Positions 9,314 to 17,448 of a stretch of DNA of 64,000 nt are shown in pieces. This DNA comes from a virus, in the IMG/VR virus record IMGVR_UViG_3300029455_000002, positions 13,617 to 77,616 of that record; one strand, written 5' to 3'. Both the position numbers and the translations under genes were made by a program. Position 1 is the stretch's first letter. The number at the start of each line of letters is the position of its first letter. The notes below the pieces were generated by a model that saw only the letters and a program-made list of their open reading frames with translations, did not search any database and was not told where the DNA came from.

Positions 9314-9342
9314 TTGACATATAACACACATAGATGTATAAT
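9314..9342 (+). promoter_or_regulatory. second consensus promoter with a variant iteron in the spacer
   Basis: TTGACA, 17-nt spacer, TATAAT; the spacer contains ATAACACACATA. Confidence 0.7.
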
Positions 9343-9439
9343 AAAGACAGTTAAAGAAAACCATTTCAAAAGCCCATTCGGGCGGGGCGGTCGCCCTAGT
9401 AACTGGAAACCTTGCATGGAAAAATATGGAGGAATAAAA

Positions 9440-9733
9440 ATGAAAATACAGGGAATCGGAACAGTAAGAAAAGAAGTAGCAATGCAGTTTTTAACAGAGG
9501 ACGGAAAGAAAGCCGTGAAAAGTGGTGAGATCACCACACAGGAGCTTGGAGAAATGTACAAGCTTCATGAAATCAAAAAACTTTCCAGAATTGGAAAGTG
9601 TAGCGATTTATTTGCAAATTGCTATAAATGGATTCCGGAAAGCTTACAAGAAAAGCTTTCACCAGAAGAACTAGCACAGCTCACAGATGCATTTTATGAA
9701 TGCTATGGAGCCGGAAAAAATGCACAAAAATAG
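9440..9733 (+). CDS. hypothetical protein
   Basis: Internal ATG at 9440 with a GGAGG RBS; the upstream part of the track ORF overlaps the promoter. Confidence 0.55.
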   Translation: MKIQGIGTVRKEVAMQFLTEDGKKAVKSGEITTQELGEMYKLHEIKKLSRIGKCSDLFANCYKWIPESLQEKLSPEELAQLTDAFYECYGAGKNAQK

Positions 9734-9925
9734 AGCTTTTAGTTAAGCTCTATTTAAAAAAATACTGTAAATAAAATTATTTCAATCCGTAGCTAAAAGG
9801 GGATTGCTATTTAGCCCGCCTGTAAAGCATCCATCACAGGTGACAAAATAAGTATATCTCTTAGTCGCGGAAAAGTCAAGAAAAAAAACCGCATAGCCCC
9901 GGACAGGGGCGGACAGGAGGGAAAA

Positions 9926-10201
9926 ATGGCAGTTACGAGATCATGGAAAGTATATGGAAAGTACGGCGGCCACTGGTTATCAGAAAGCTTCTTGCCGTCA
10001 AGAAAATACGATTGGAGCAGTAAAGAGGACGGCGTGAGAATTGTCGAGATAGAGAATGCCGATAAAACCGGTTCAAATCTTTATTCGATTATCAGGATAA
10101 CAAGAGATAGCGCTGAATTATGTGAACGTGAATTTAACGGCCAGTTAAGTGACGGAATTTTTGAAAATTTCCGAACTGGAAACATTGAAGAACTTGCATA
10201 A
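9926..10201 (+). CDS. hypothetical protein
   Basis: CAGGAGGG RBS; 91-aa ORF. Confidence 0.6.
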   Translation: MAVTRSWKVYGKYGGHWLSESFLPSRKYDWSSKEDGVRIVEIENADKTGSNLYSIIRITRDSAELCEREFNGQLSDGIFENFRTGNIEELA

Positions 10202-10286
10202 TTACGAACAATGATATAAAATATAAACAGCGTATAAACGGGAGTGATATTTGAGAATGATGTAAATTTAGCTCCGTAAACGCAAA

Positions 10287-10316
10287 AGCCCCTGGGAGAT
10301 AATCCCGGGGCTTTTG
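10287..10316 (+). terminator. rho-independent terminator
   Basis: AGCCCCTGGGA / TCCCGGGGCT stem followed by TTTT. Confidence 0.6.
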
Positions 10317-10445
10317 CTGTCTTATTCTGGCGGCGTAACGACGGCGCGGCACTCAGCCGGTAAACAGCCCCACCGCCGAAGCTGTTAAAATACATTTATC
10401 ACAAAACCGCCGAAGTTGTCAAGCAAAATTTTTTTATTTTAAGGC

Positions 10446-10588
10446 TTGATTTTTAAAACTGATGTGGATAAAATAAAAATAACGACAGGCGACGGAACTC
10501 AGGAGGGGAGCGATAGCCAGAGCGCGAAAAGAATAAAAATTTAGCAGCCAGATCACGCCGGACAAGGTGCCGGAAGGTCTGGCTTTTT
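10446..10588 (+). ncRNA. candidate ~105-nt small RNA (promoter to terminator, no ORF)
   Basis: TTGATT, 17-nt spacer, TAAAAT (10446-10474); terminator GCCAGA...TCTGGC plus T5 (10547-10588); no start codon lies between them. Confidence 0.3.
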
Positions 10589-10965
10589 GTGTTTAATAGC
10601 CGGAAAATGACAGTATTACAATGTGTATAAATATATAATAACTGTCTATATAATCCCCTCCAAGATTCTAGAAACCTAGAGTTTATTAATATACATGCTA
10701 TACAGTACCGTATAGATATATAGAGTTAATAAGAGTAACGTAACAGTAAAAATAAAATTAAATAGACTGTTGACAGTGATATAAAAGTATGATAAAACAG
10801 AATTAACAATTGAATAAGCCGAAAGGCAATAAGAATAATAATACTATTTAAGACGATTAAAACCGTAGCAGACGGAAAGAAGAAAGGGATTTAGAAAAGT
10901 CCCAGAATGTATCTGCAAACGCGTTTTTGTCGTCTTTTTTTATTTCAATTTTTGGAGGTGATACA

Positions 10966-11574
10966 GTGAAAAAGAGTAATACAACAGTGACAGAACAGGG
11001 AATAGAAGTATATGAGAATGATATATACAGGCTTGTGGACGAATATATAAACACTGTGTTACAAGTAACTCCAGAAGAATTTGATACACAGAAAGAATAT
11101 AAAGCTGTTGTTGCTGATAGTTTTGTGGATATGATCTTTTATATTGCGGATAGAATACCGAAACCAGGTACAGAGGATATAGAATTATTAGATAATATAT
11201 TTAGTGTATATGTGAGAATATGTACTAAATACGGAGTGTTACCAACGTTAGAAGTATTTAGCTTTTTGGTAGGAATAGAGCGTAGAACGTTTACCAAATG
11301 GTCTAATGGACAGTACAGGGCAAGCACATCACACGGCGACACGGTTAAAAAATGGTTCGATATCTGCAAGAATTGTACAGTAAACAGATTAAACAATCAG
11401 CCCGGCACAAATGCCAATTTAATATTTGTTGCCAAAGCTGCTTATGGAATGGCAGAGACAGCACCAGTTCAAACAGCACAGCAGGACGGCATACCACACC
11501 AAACAGCGCAGCAGATCGCAGATAAACACAGAGCGGCGCTGGAGCTTCCAGAGATGGAAAAGCCGGAATTATAA
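10966..11574 (+). CDS. terS: terminase small subunit-like protein
   Basis: GTG start with a GGAGGTG RBS; VLPTLEVFSFLVGIERRTFTKW HTH and NANLIFVAKAAYGM, as in small terminases. Confidence 0.55.
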   Translation: MKKSNTTVTEQGIEVYENDIYRLVDEYINTVLQVTPEEFDTQKEYKAVVADSFVDMIFYIADRIPKPGTEDIELLDNIFSVYVRICTKYGVLPTLEVFSFLVGIERRTFTKWSNGQYRASTSHGDTVKKWFDICKNCTVNRLNNQPGTNANLIFVAKAAYGMAETAPVQTAQQDGIPHQTAQQIADKHRAALELPEMEKPEL

Positions 11575-11907
11575 CAAGATGTTGTCGCTTCTGGCTTGAA
11601 TGCACAATATATAGCATTATTCAATGTTCTTTTAGGGTGTACCCTTTTTAGACAGAACGAAAAACAGAAATATTTGTGCAATATCACAACAGATTTTCGC
11701 CTACAACGCTTCCTTGACCACTGCCGCAGGCCATTAAAGGTCAGCGTTAAGCCAGGGAAGCGGGAACCCATGGGGCGGCGGGCTTCCCTGGTAGCGTCCG
11801 GAATGGATACCGGGGAGGGGGTGTATATAAGCCCCAGCACACGCCGAGTGAGTACCCCGAGCAAAGTCACCTCACTATTTTGTCCCACATTAATAAGGAG
11901 GAACAAT

Positions 11908-12063
11908 ATGCCACATGGCAGACCTACGACTGACCCAAAGGGAGAGTCAATAAGAATCAGAATTAACGATGACATGAGAAAACGCCTTGAAAAGAAATCC
12001 TTTCAGACTGGCCAAAGCATTTCTCAGATCATACGCAATTTAATAACTGAAAACCTGAGTTAA
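11908..12063 (+). CDS. small RHH (CopG-like) protein
   Basis: AAGGAGG RBS; GESIRIRINDDMRKRLEKKS...SISQIIRNLI. Confidence 0.6.
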   Translation: MPHGRPTTDPKGESIRIRINDDMRKRLEKKSFQTGQSISQIIRNLITENLS

Positions 12064-12267
12064 AAATTTTCCAAAAAATAAAAAAGAGTTTCCCACGGCA
12101 GAGATAGTGGTTGCAACACGACAAGCCATAAGCCTTAATGGTTTCTCTGCCAGAAATTGGGCACAGCTCCTGATTTCTCCGCTGCGGAGAGTTTAAATAT
12201 GAGCAGAATAAAATTTAGCTGTTGCTTCAAGGACGGGAACTAATTAAGGCATAAAAAAAGAGAACCA

Positions 12268-12501
12268 TTACGGTTCCCTTTTGAGATCACCAGTATTGAA
12301 TTGCACAACAACATCCGGGATTGTTTCGACAACAATCCGGCAACCGAGAAATTCTAAAATAGAAATCATCTCGTTGGCGGACAGTGTTTCTCTTGAGAAT
12401 TTATTCGCCAGCGCTTGAGGAGAAGTGCCAAGATATTCAGCTACCTGAACATTTGTAACTTTTTTCATTTTCATTATTTGCTTAATTTTTTGAGATACCA
12501 A
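12268..12501 (-). CDS. XRE-type helix-turn-helix protein
   Basis: TTG start with an AGGAGG RBS; VTNVQVAEYLGTSPQALANKF HTH; minus-strand terminator overlaps the stop. Confidence 0.65.
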   Translation of the reverse strand: MVSQKIKQIMKMKKVTNVQVAEYLGTSPQALANKFSRETLSANEMISILEFLGCRIVVETIPDVVVQFNTGDLKREP

Positions 12502-12579
12502 AATATCACCTCCTAATCACATAATAAACGCATACGTTAAAAAAATCAATCAAAATTCACTAAAACGTGTATAAACTGC

Positions 12580-12608
12580 TTGATATTACACACGATACAG
12601 TGTATAAT
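12580..12608 (+). promoter_or_regulatory. promoter of the serine recombinase gene
   Basis: TTGATA, 17-nt spacer, TATAAT, with TG immediately upstream. Confidence 0.6.
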
Positions 12609-12638
12609 TGACTTATAACGAAACGGAGGCGTGTATAT

Positions 12639-13229
12639 ATGAAAATAGGTTATGTAAGAGTATCAACAGTAGATCAGAATGAAGCAAGGCAGATTGAAGC
12701 CATGAAAACGGATGGAGTTGACAAAATTTACATGGATAAGAAATCTGGTAAAGATTTTGACCGTCCCGAATATCAGAAAATGATTTCGGAGTTACAAAAA
12801 GGTGACGTGCTGGTGATTCATTCTATTGATCGGCTAGGAAGAAATTATGAAGAAATTATCAATGAATGGAGAAGGATTACCAAAGAAATCGGCGCGGACA
12901 TTATCGTACAAGACATGCCGTTACTTAATACTTGCCAGAGTAAAGACTTAACTGGTACGTTAATTTCAGATATTGTCCTTCAGCTTCTTTCTTATGTGGC
13001 TCAAAGAGAACGTGAAAACATTCGACAGCGCCAGAGAGAGGGCATAGAAATCGCAAAAGCTCAGGGCAAGTATAAAGGACGTGCCAAAAAAGAAATTGAT
13101 AAGGAACTTTTTAAAAGCACCAAAACCAGATGGCAGAATGGAGAGATTACGAAAGTCCAATTTGCAGAAATTATGGGGATTTCAAGAGGTACCTTATATA
13201 AACTATTGGAGGACAATGTGAATGATTGA
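12639..13229 (+). CDS. small serine recombinase (resolvase/invertase family)
   Basis: MKIGYVRVSTVDQNEARQ catalytic N-terminus; SIDRLGRN; C-terminal HTH ISRGTLYKLL; 196 aa. Confidence 0.9.
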   Translation: MKIGYVRVSTVDQNEARQIEAMKTDGVDKIYMDKKSGKDFDRPEYQKMISELQKGDVLVIHSIDRLGRNYEEIINEWRRITKEIGADIIVQDMPLLNTCQSKDLTGTLISDIVLQLLSYVAQRERENIRQRQREGIEIAKAQGKYKGRAKKEIDKELFKSTKTRWQNGEITKVQFAEIMGISRGTLYKLLEDNVND

Positions 13230-13689
13230 TTTTACAAACAAATCTGTTGTTACAGAAAATGATATCGAATCCGAACACTTATTAAAGAAAGCGGTCGCAC
13301 AAGGTTTTTCTTTACCAAAAGGTGAAAAAGCAATGGAACCATGTAGATTTTTCCGTTTTGTTGGAAGCCCATACAAGCAGGTTATATCTCCTGAGAAGAT
13401 AACACCGAGCGAGTTCGAACAAGCAGTTAGGTATTCTGAATTATTTGGAGATGAAAGGGAAGACTTAAGGAAAATTGCCGACTTAGCTGCAAGATGGTGT
13501 AGAACATATGGATATAAGCATTTAAGCGTCTTCGCAAATGAAGAAACCGAAAACTACACTGGAAAGGGAATTGCAAAAACCGAAAATGGAACAGTGCAGC
13601 GTGTTGATATTGAAATAAAGAAACCGCGTAAGATAACAATAGCTGAATTAGAGAAACATTTCGGATATCCTATTGAAATTGTAAGCTGA
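13222..13689 (+). CDS. hypothetical protein
   Basis: Overlaps the recombinase stop; 155-aa ORF. Confidence 0.55.
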   Translation: MIDFTNKSVVTENDIESEHLLKKAVAQGFSLPKGEKAMEPCRFFRFVGSPYKQVISPEKITPSEFEQAVRYSELFGDEREDLRKIADLAARWCRTYGYKHLSVFANEETENYTGKGIAKTENGTVQRVDIEIKKPRKITIAELEKHFGYPIEIVS

Positions 13690-13700
13690 GGACGCTGCCT

Positions 13701-13880
13701 ATGAAAAAGAATAACCCTCAGGGCGAATCAATCAGAATCCGGATGCCGTACCAGCTAGAACGAAAGCTCATTGCCGAGAAGCATTGGGACAATATTTTCG
13801 AAAGAGGTAGACAAAACGCCGACTCAATTTTTCTCAAAAAAATAAAAAAGAGGTTTTTATATGTCAGAAGAATACAGTGA
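13701..13880 (+). CDS. small RHH protein, paralog of 11908..12063
   Basis: Manual translation gives NPQGESIRIRMPYQLERKL; shares the GESIRIR strand; below the track cutoff. Confidence 0.45.
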   Translation: MKKNNPQGESIRIRMPYQLERKLIAEKHWDNIFERGRQNADSIFLKKIKKRFLYVRRIQ

Positions 13881-14181
13881 ACGCTTTGATGAACTTCGTA
13901 AGAATCGAGTTGAGGTAAGTTATCATAAATACGGACCCGCCAGAAAGAACTATAAAACCGGGAATGTACAGGCGCTTCCGTCCATGGAACGATGCATTGA
14001 GAAATACAATTCCACCGGGAATACAGAATACCTTGTGGATGCGGCAAATTACCTTATGTTTGAGTTCATGTACCCACAACATCCTAAAGCGCACTTTAAA
14101 GCCACAGACAGCAAAGATAGCGCCGGGATAGTCGGGATTAGCGTGAAAGAAATGGAGGACTTGAAGAATGAGCAATACTAA
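13861..14181 (+). CDS. hypothetical protein
   Basis: AAGAGG RBS; 106-aa ORF. Confidence 0.6.
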   Translation: MSEEYSERFDELRKNRVEVSYHKYGPARKNYKTGNVQALPSMERCIEKYNSTGNTEYLVDAANYLMFEFMYPQHPKAHFKATDSKDSAGIVGISVKEMEDLKNEQY

Positions 14182-14377
14182 TTCTACAACTATTACGCAC
14201 GCGATAGCCATTTTAAGGAACGAACTTATGACACACGGAGAAGTTTACAATGGTTTCAAAGCAAGCCTTAAAACAGCGATTGAGAAGTATTGCACCTGCG
14301 GTTTACCATTTGAGCCAGAAGACGAAACCGCCGGTAAGATTCTTGGTTTTATGATCGGAGAGGAACAGAAAGAATGA
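14168..14377 (+). CDS. hypothetical protein
   Basis: Overlap-coupled 69-aa ORF. Confidence 0.5.
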   Translation: MSNTNSTTITHAIAILRNELMTHGEVYNGFKASLKTAIEKYCTCGLPFEPEDETAGKILGFMIGEEQKE

Positions 14378-14550
14378 TTCTTGCAAAATTCGTAGCAGCC
14401 ATGTTGGATATTGCATTTTTCACATTGGTTTTAGCAGTCCTTATGTCACAGGATGAAGCTGAAAAGAAAAGCAATCCAATAGCATCGACAGTATTTATAT
14501 TGATGGAAATTTGTTTCGCGGTTAATACAGTTGTGATTTTTAGGTTATAA
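14374..14550 (+). CDS. small two-helix membrane protein (58 aa)
   Basis: ATGA coupling; two hydrophobic segments. Confidence 0.4.
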   Translation: MILAKFVAAMLDIAFFTLVLAVLMSQDEAEKKSNPIASTVFILMEICFAVNTVVIFRL

Positions 14551-14560
14551 GGAGAGCCCA

Positions 14561-14698
14561 ATGTGGTTAGCATTCACAATACAAATTCCCCTGTTCACCA
14601 TACTGATTGAACGGGTGAAAATACAAGAAAAGCAGAAGCCCGTCGTTCTCAGGTTTGGGAAAGCCTTTGAATCTGACAGGTCGAGGCATCCAGAGTAG
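14561..14698 (+). CDS. small hypothetical protein (45 aa)
   Basis: AAGGAGAG RBS 6 nt upstream; hydrophobic N-terminus. Confidence 0.3.
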   Translation: MWLAFTIQIPLFTILIERVKIQEKQKPVVLRFGKAFESDRSRHPE

Positions 14699-14858
14699 CT
14701 TAGGTCTGCGTTGGTGAAACTCAATGGAGAATACAACTTTTCCCGCCCATTGCAAAGTAACTGGCGCGGACTTAACGATACAAATATAGACATGATGCTT
14801 TCTAAAATCTTATAAAATATATCACTATCACTAGGCCGGGACTTTCCCGGTCAAGCAA

Positions 14859-14930
14859 TGGGCTATCGCCAAGCGGTAAGGCTCAGCACTTTGACTGCTG
14901 CATTCGCTGGTTCGAATCCCACTAGCCCAG
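14859..14930 (+). tRNA. tRNA-Gln: tRNA-Gln (anticodon TTG)
   Basis: Cloverleaf folded by eye: acceptor TGGGCTA/TAGCCCA, D arm GCCAAGCGGTAAGGC, anticodon loop CTTTGAC, T loop TTCGAAT; the T stem has two mismatches. Confidence 0.65.
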
Positions 14931-15135
14931 TCGGACTATATTGTTTAGCCATGATATAGTTCCCCTCCGAATTGGTTCCATCTATCCCAACGGGGATGAT
15001 TAAAGGGGCTTCAAATGCCCCGGATGGATTCTGCAGAACGCAGAAATCAACAGTCTCAATCCCTTTGTTGCGGCTGCGAGGGAAAGAACCGCAACAGCAG
15101 AGAGCCGTTCTTGAACTGCAACAGCCCTCTGCTCA

Positions 15136-15208
15136 GGAAACTTAGTTCAGCTGGCAGAACGGTCGGCTCATAACCGACAAGTCACAGGTTCGAGTCCTGT
15201 AGTTTCCA
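15136..15208 (+). tRNA. tRNA-Met: tRNA-Met or tRNA-Ile2 (anticodon CAT)
   Basis: Perfect cloverleaf: acceptor GGAAACT/AGTTTCC, anticodon arm GTCGG CTCATAA CCGAC, T arm ACAGG TTCGAGT CCTGT. Confidence 0.85.
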
Positions 15209-15518
15209 TTTCTTCCATATGCTGTCTATCCGTTTAATGGACAGAAAAAACTGCTGAATGAGTGTATGTGGATTATTTCCATGAAAGGTGTGTAACGGCA
15301 CAGCCTGTTCGATGAAGATAATTCCCCGTTCGGCACAGTCTCCGAGTTAAATTGTCGTCAATATGTGCACGTTGAGGACAGGAAGTTTTCAAGAGACAAA
15401 CACAGGAAGTATTTTCCAAAATCCGAAAACAACTCCGTGGGGCTGGCACGGCATAAAACAGCCTAGTGGAAAGCATAACACGATAAACATATTGCTAACC
15501 CGGAGTTTCCGGGTTATG

Positions 15519-15590
15519 TGGAATGTGCAGCTAGTGGAAAGCTGATAGGGACGAGTAACCTAGTCTCCGGTTCGATTCCGGACGTTCCGC
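15519..15590 (+). tRNA. non-canonical tRNA-like element or pseudo-tRNA
   Basis: Perfect T arm TCCGG TTCGATT CCGGA and D arm CAGC..GCTG. However, the acceptor has 2 G-U pairs, the anticodon loop ACGAGTA lacks U33, and the variable region is only 3 nt. Confidence 0.35.
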
Positions 15591-15708
15591 TTTAATCCGC
15601 TTAGAGTTAAGCTGTTTGCATACAAGTGGTCTATGTCTCAGGCGGATTTACGCTATGACAAAAGAGGTGAAATTCAGCCCAGATAATGTCTGGCCGTTAT
15701 AGGCGGTA

Positions 15709-15780
15709 CGGAATGTAGCTCAGTGGTAGAGCAATAGCCTTGTAAGCTATGTGTCGCAGGTTCGATTCCTACCTTTCCGA
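15709..15780 (+). tRNA. tRNA-Thr: tRNA-Thr (anticodon TGT)
   Basis: TAGCTCAGTGGTAGAGC D arm; anticodon arm ATAGC CTTGTAA GCTAT; T loop TTCGATT; one mismatch each in the acceptor and T stems. Confidence 0.7.
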
Positions 15781-15901
15781 TTCCAATGAATTGCAATCAT
15801 TGGAATCTTTTTCTTTTACTTCGTGCGGTTCCAGTGTTTCTCGTTGGGAGATTTATGCCGTTCAAGTCGGCACACTGGACTTTTTTAAATTGAGGTTAAT
15901 T

Positions 15902-16051
15902 ATGCAAAAAGAAAAGTGTTGTAAAACATGTAAGAAACATGACGATTTTACATGGGTATGTTTCAACGGCGACAGTGAACACTGCGCTGATTTTACGGAA
16001 CCAGATTGTGTTTGCGAATTTTGGGAGGATGTAGAAAATGAAAATTCATGA
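15902..16051 (+). CDS. small Cys-rich protein
   Basis: Internal ATG with a GAGG RBS; the upstream part of the track ORF overlaps tRNA-Thr. Confidence 0.5.
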   Translation: MQKEKCCKTCKKHDDFTWVCFNGDSEHCADFTEPDCVCEFWEDVENENS

Positions 16052-16313
16052 AGCAATATGTTTGAGAGATGACTATGGTGGAAAAACAACTCTTGATGAC
16101 CTTGTAAAACGAATACAGGGAAACAAAATCCATAGATGCCCGAAATGCTATGGAGAAGGAATTGTTATAAAAATGATAAATCGTGCGCAATACTGGGAAT
16201 GCCGCGACAGGTATGAAGAAACAAAAGTCACTTGTGATTTGTGCAACGGCGAAGGATATACCGAAAAAGAATATAAGCCTAAAATGGTACAGGATGGATG
16301 GGAATGCAAATAG
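16038..16313 (+). CDS. DnaJ-type zinc-finger protein
   Basis: CPKCYGEG and CDLCNGEG (CxxCxGxG) repeats. Confidence 0.6.
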   Translation: MKIHEAICLRDDYGGKTTLDDLVKRIQGNKIHRCPKCYGEGIVIKMINRAQYWECRDRYEETKVTCDLCNGEGYTEKEYKPKMVQDGWECK

Positions 16314-16465
16314 CAGGAAAAGAAATTAAAGACGAGTGTTCCAGATGCGGTAATATCATTGAATGTGAATTATTTCGTCAAGGGCACGGGATACGACAGG
16401 AACGTGAGAACATAGCGAAGATGATTGAATGTCAGATGAAACACAGGGAGGAAAGAGAGAAATGA
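16304..16465 (+). CDS. small hypothetical protein (53 aa)
   Basis: Manual ORF bridging two genes, overlapping at both ends. Confidence 0.35.
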   Translation: MQIAGKEIKDECSRCGNIIECELFRQGHGIRQERENIAKMIECQMKHREEREK

Positions 16466-17178
16466 ATGAACTGAAAGTATTGAATGAGCAGGAAGTATTA
16501 GGAAAACAGTTTCGAGTATACGGAACGGCAGAGGAACCACTATTCTTAGCAAAAGATGTAGCGGAGTGGATTGAACACAGCAAGCCATCAGTAATGATTG
16601 AATCTGTAGATGAGGATGAGAAAGTCAAAGTAAATAATGTTTACTTTGAAAATAGAACCGGCGGGAATGGGACATGGTTCCTTACCGAGAACGGACTCTA
16701 CGAAGTCTTAATGCAGTCCAGAAAGCCGATTGCCAAACAGTTCAAGAAAGAAGTCAAAGAGATTCTGAAGACTATCCGTAAGCATGGCATATATGCCACG
16801 GACAATGTCATTGATAATATTCTGAATAATCCAGATTTCGGCATCGAACTTCTGACCAAACTGAAAGAAGAACGTGCTGCGAGAGTGGAAGCCGAGAGAA
16901 AGAATGCTATTTTGATGCACGTAAATAAGACATATACTATTACTGAGATTGCAAAAGAACTGGGACTGAAATCAGCAATACAGCTAAATCGGATTCTGGC
17001 AGAGAAAAAGATACAGTATCAGGTAAATGGTACGTGGGTGATGTTCTCGCAGTATAGTAATTGCGGATATGAAGAAATCAAACAGGAAGTTCTGGACTCT
17101 GGGAAAGTGATCTACCATAGACGGATTACACAGATGGGACGGGAGTTTATTCTTGATTTATTTGAAAAGACGGCGTAA
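16462..17178 (+). CDS. antirepressor, Bro-N plus KilAC domains
   Basis: FRVYGTAEEPLFLAKDVAEWIEH (Bro-N); the C-terminal TITEIAKELGLKSAIQLNRILAEKKIQY...GREFI is KilAC-like. Confidence 0.75.
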   Translation: MNELKVLNEQEVLGKQFRVYGTAEEPLFLAKDVAEWIEHSKPSVMIESVDEDEKVKVNNVYFENRTGGNGTWFLTENGLYEVLMQSRKPIAKQFKKEVKEILKTIRKHGIYATDNVIDNILNNPDFGIELLTKLKEERAARVEAERKNAILMHVNKTYTITEIAKELGLKSAIQLNRILAEKKIQYQVNGTWVMFSQYSNCGYEEIKQEVLDSGKVIYHRRITQMGREFILDLFEKTA

Positions 17179-17197
17179 TTAAAGAGGGGAGATTTCC

Positions 17198-17434
17198 ATG
17201 TTTAATAAATTTTTTAATCTATACATAAGATACAAGACCAAAAATCTCAAAGCAATTCCGTTGTTCGTAATGACATTTGACTGGAAGAAATTTCAGAAAG
17301 ACGGTAAAAAGGATAGCTGTATATTAAACATACATCCAGATATTGCAAACGATCAATTTGTTAGAGAAAAACTGTCTGAATGCGTGAATTATATTCGCGA
17401 TAACTACGATATGGAAATATTCACAAAAATTTAG
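17198..17434 (+). CDS. hypothetical protein
   Basis: GAGGGGAG RBS; 78 aa. Confidence 0.5.
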   Translation: MFNKFFNLYIRYKTKNLKAIPLFVMTFDWKKFQKDGKKDSCILNIHPDIANDQFVREKLSECVNYIRDNYDMEIFTKI

Positions 17435-17448
17435 CGGGAGGGAACCAG

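Larger units (their letters stand above)
8962..9333 (+). repeat. six direct copies of iteron ATAACGCACATA(TA)
   Basis: Copies at 8962, 8996, 9035, 9061 and 9297, plus variant ATAACACACATA at 9321; all in the same orientation. Confidence 0.85.

Noticed and set aside
8962-9333. Repeated ATAACGCACATA motif considered as a CRISPR array
   Set aside because: The repeats are only 12-14 nt, the spacing is irregular (26-39 nt, then 236 nt), a protein gene sits inside the array, and there are no cas genes. It is an iteron/operator array.
11469-11975. 168-aa minus-strand ORF, and the N-terminal 104 codons of track ORF 11596..12063
   Set aside because: Both run through the GC-rich hairpin leader and the 3' end of the terS-like gene and have no RBS. 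Only the AAGGAGG-preceded 51-aa RHH ORF (11908) looks real.
14998-15060. GGGGC-TTCAAAT-GCCCC hairpin (anticodon-loop-like, CAA) plus a following hairpin, considered as a type II tRNA-Leu
   Set aside because: No T arm with GTTCRA, no acceptor pairing and no D arm could be found around it.
15749-15901. Upstream extension of ORF 15749..16051
   Set aside because: It starts inside tRNA-Thr. The internal ATG at 15902 has its own RBS.
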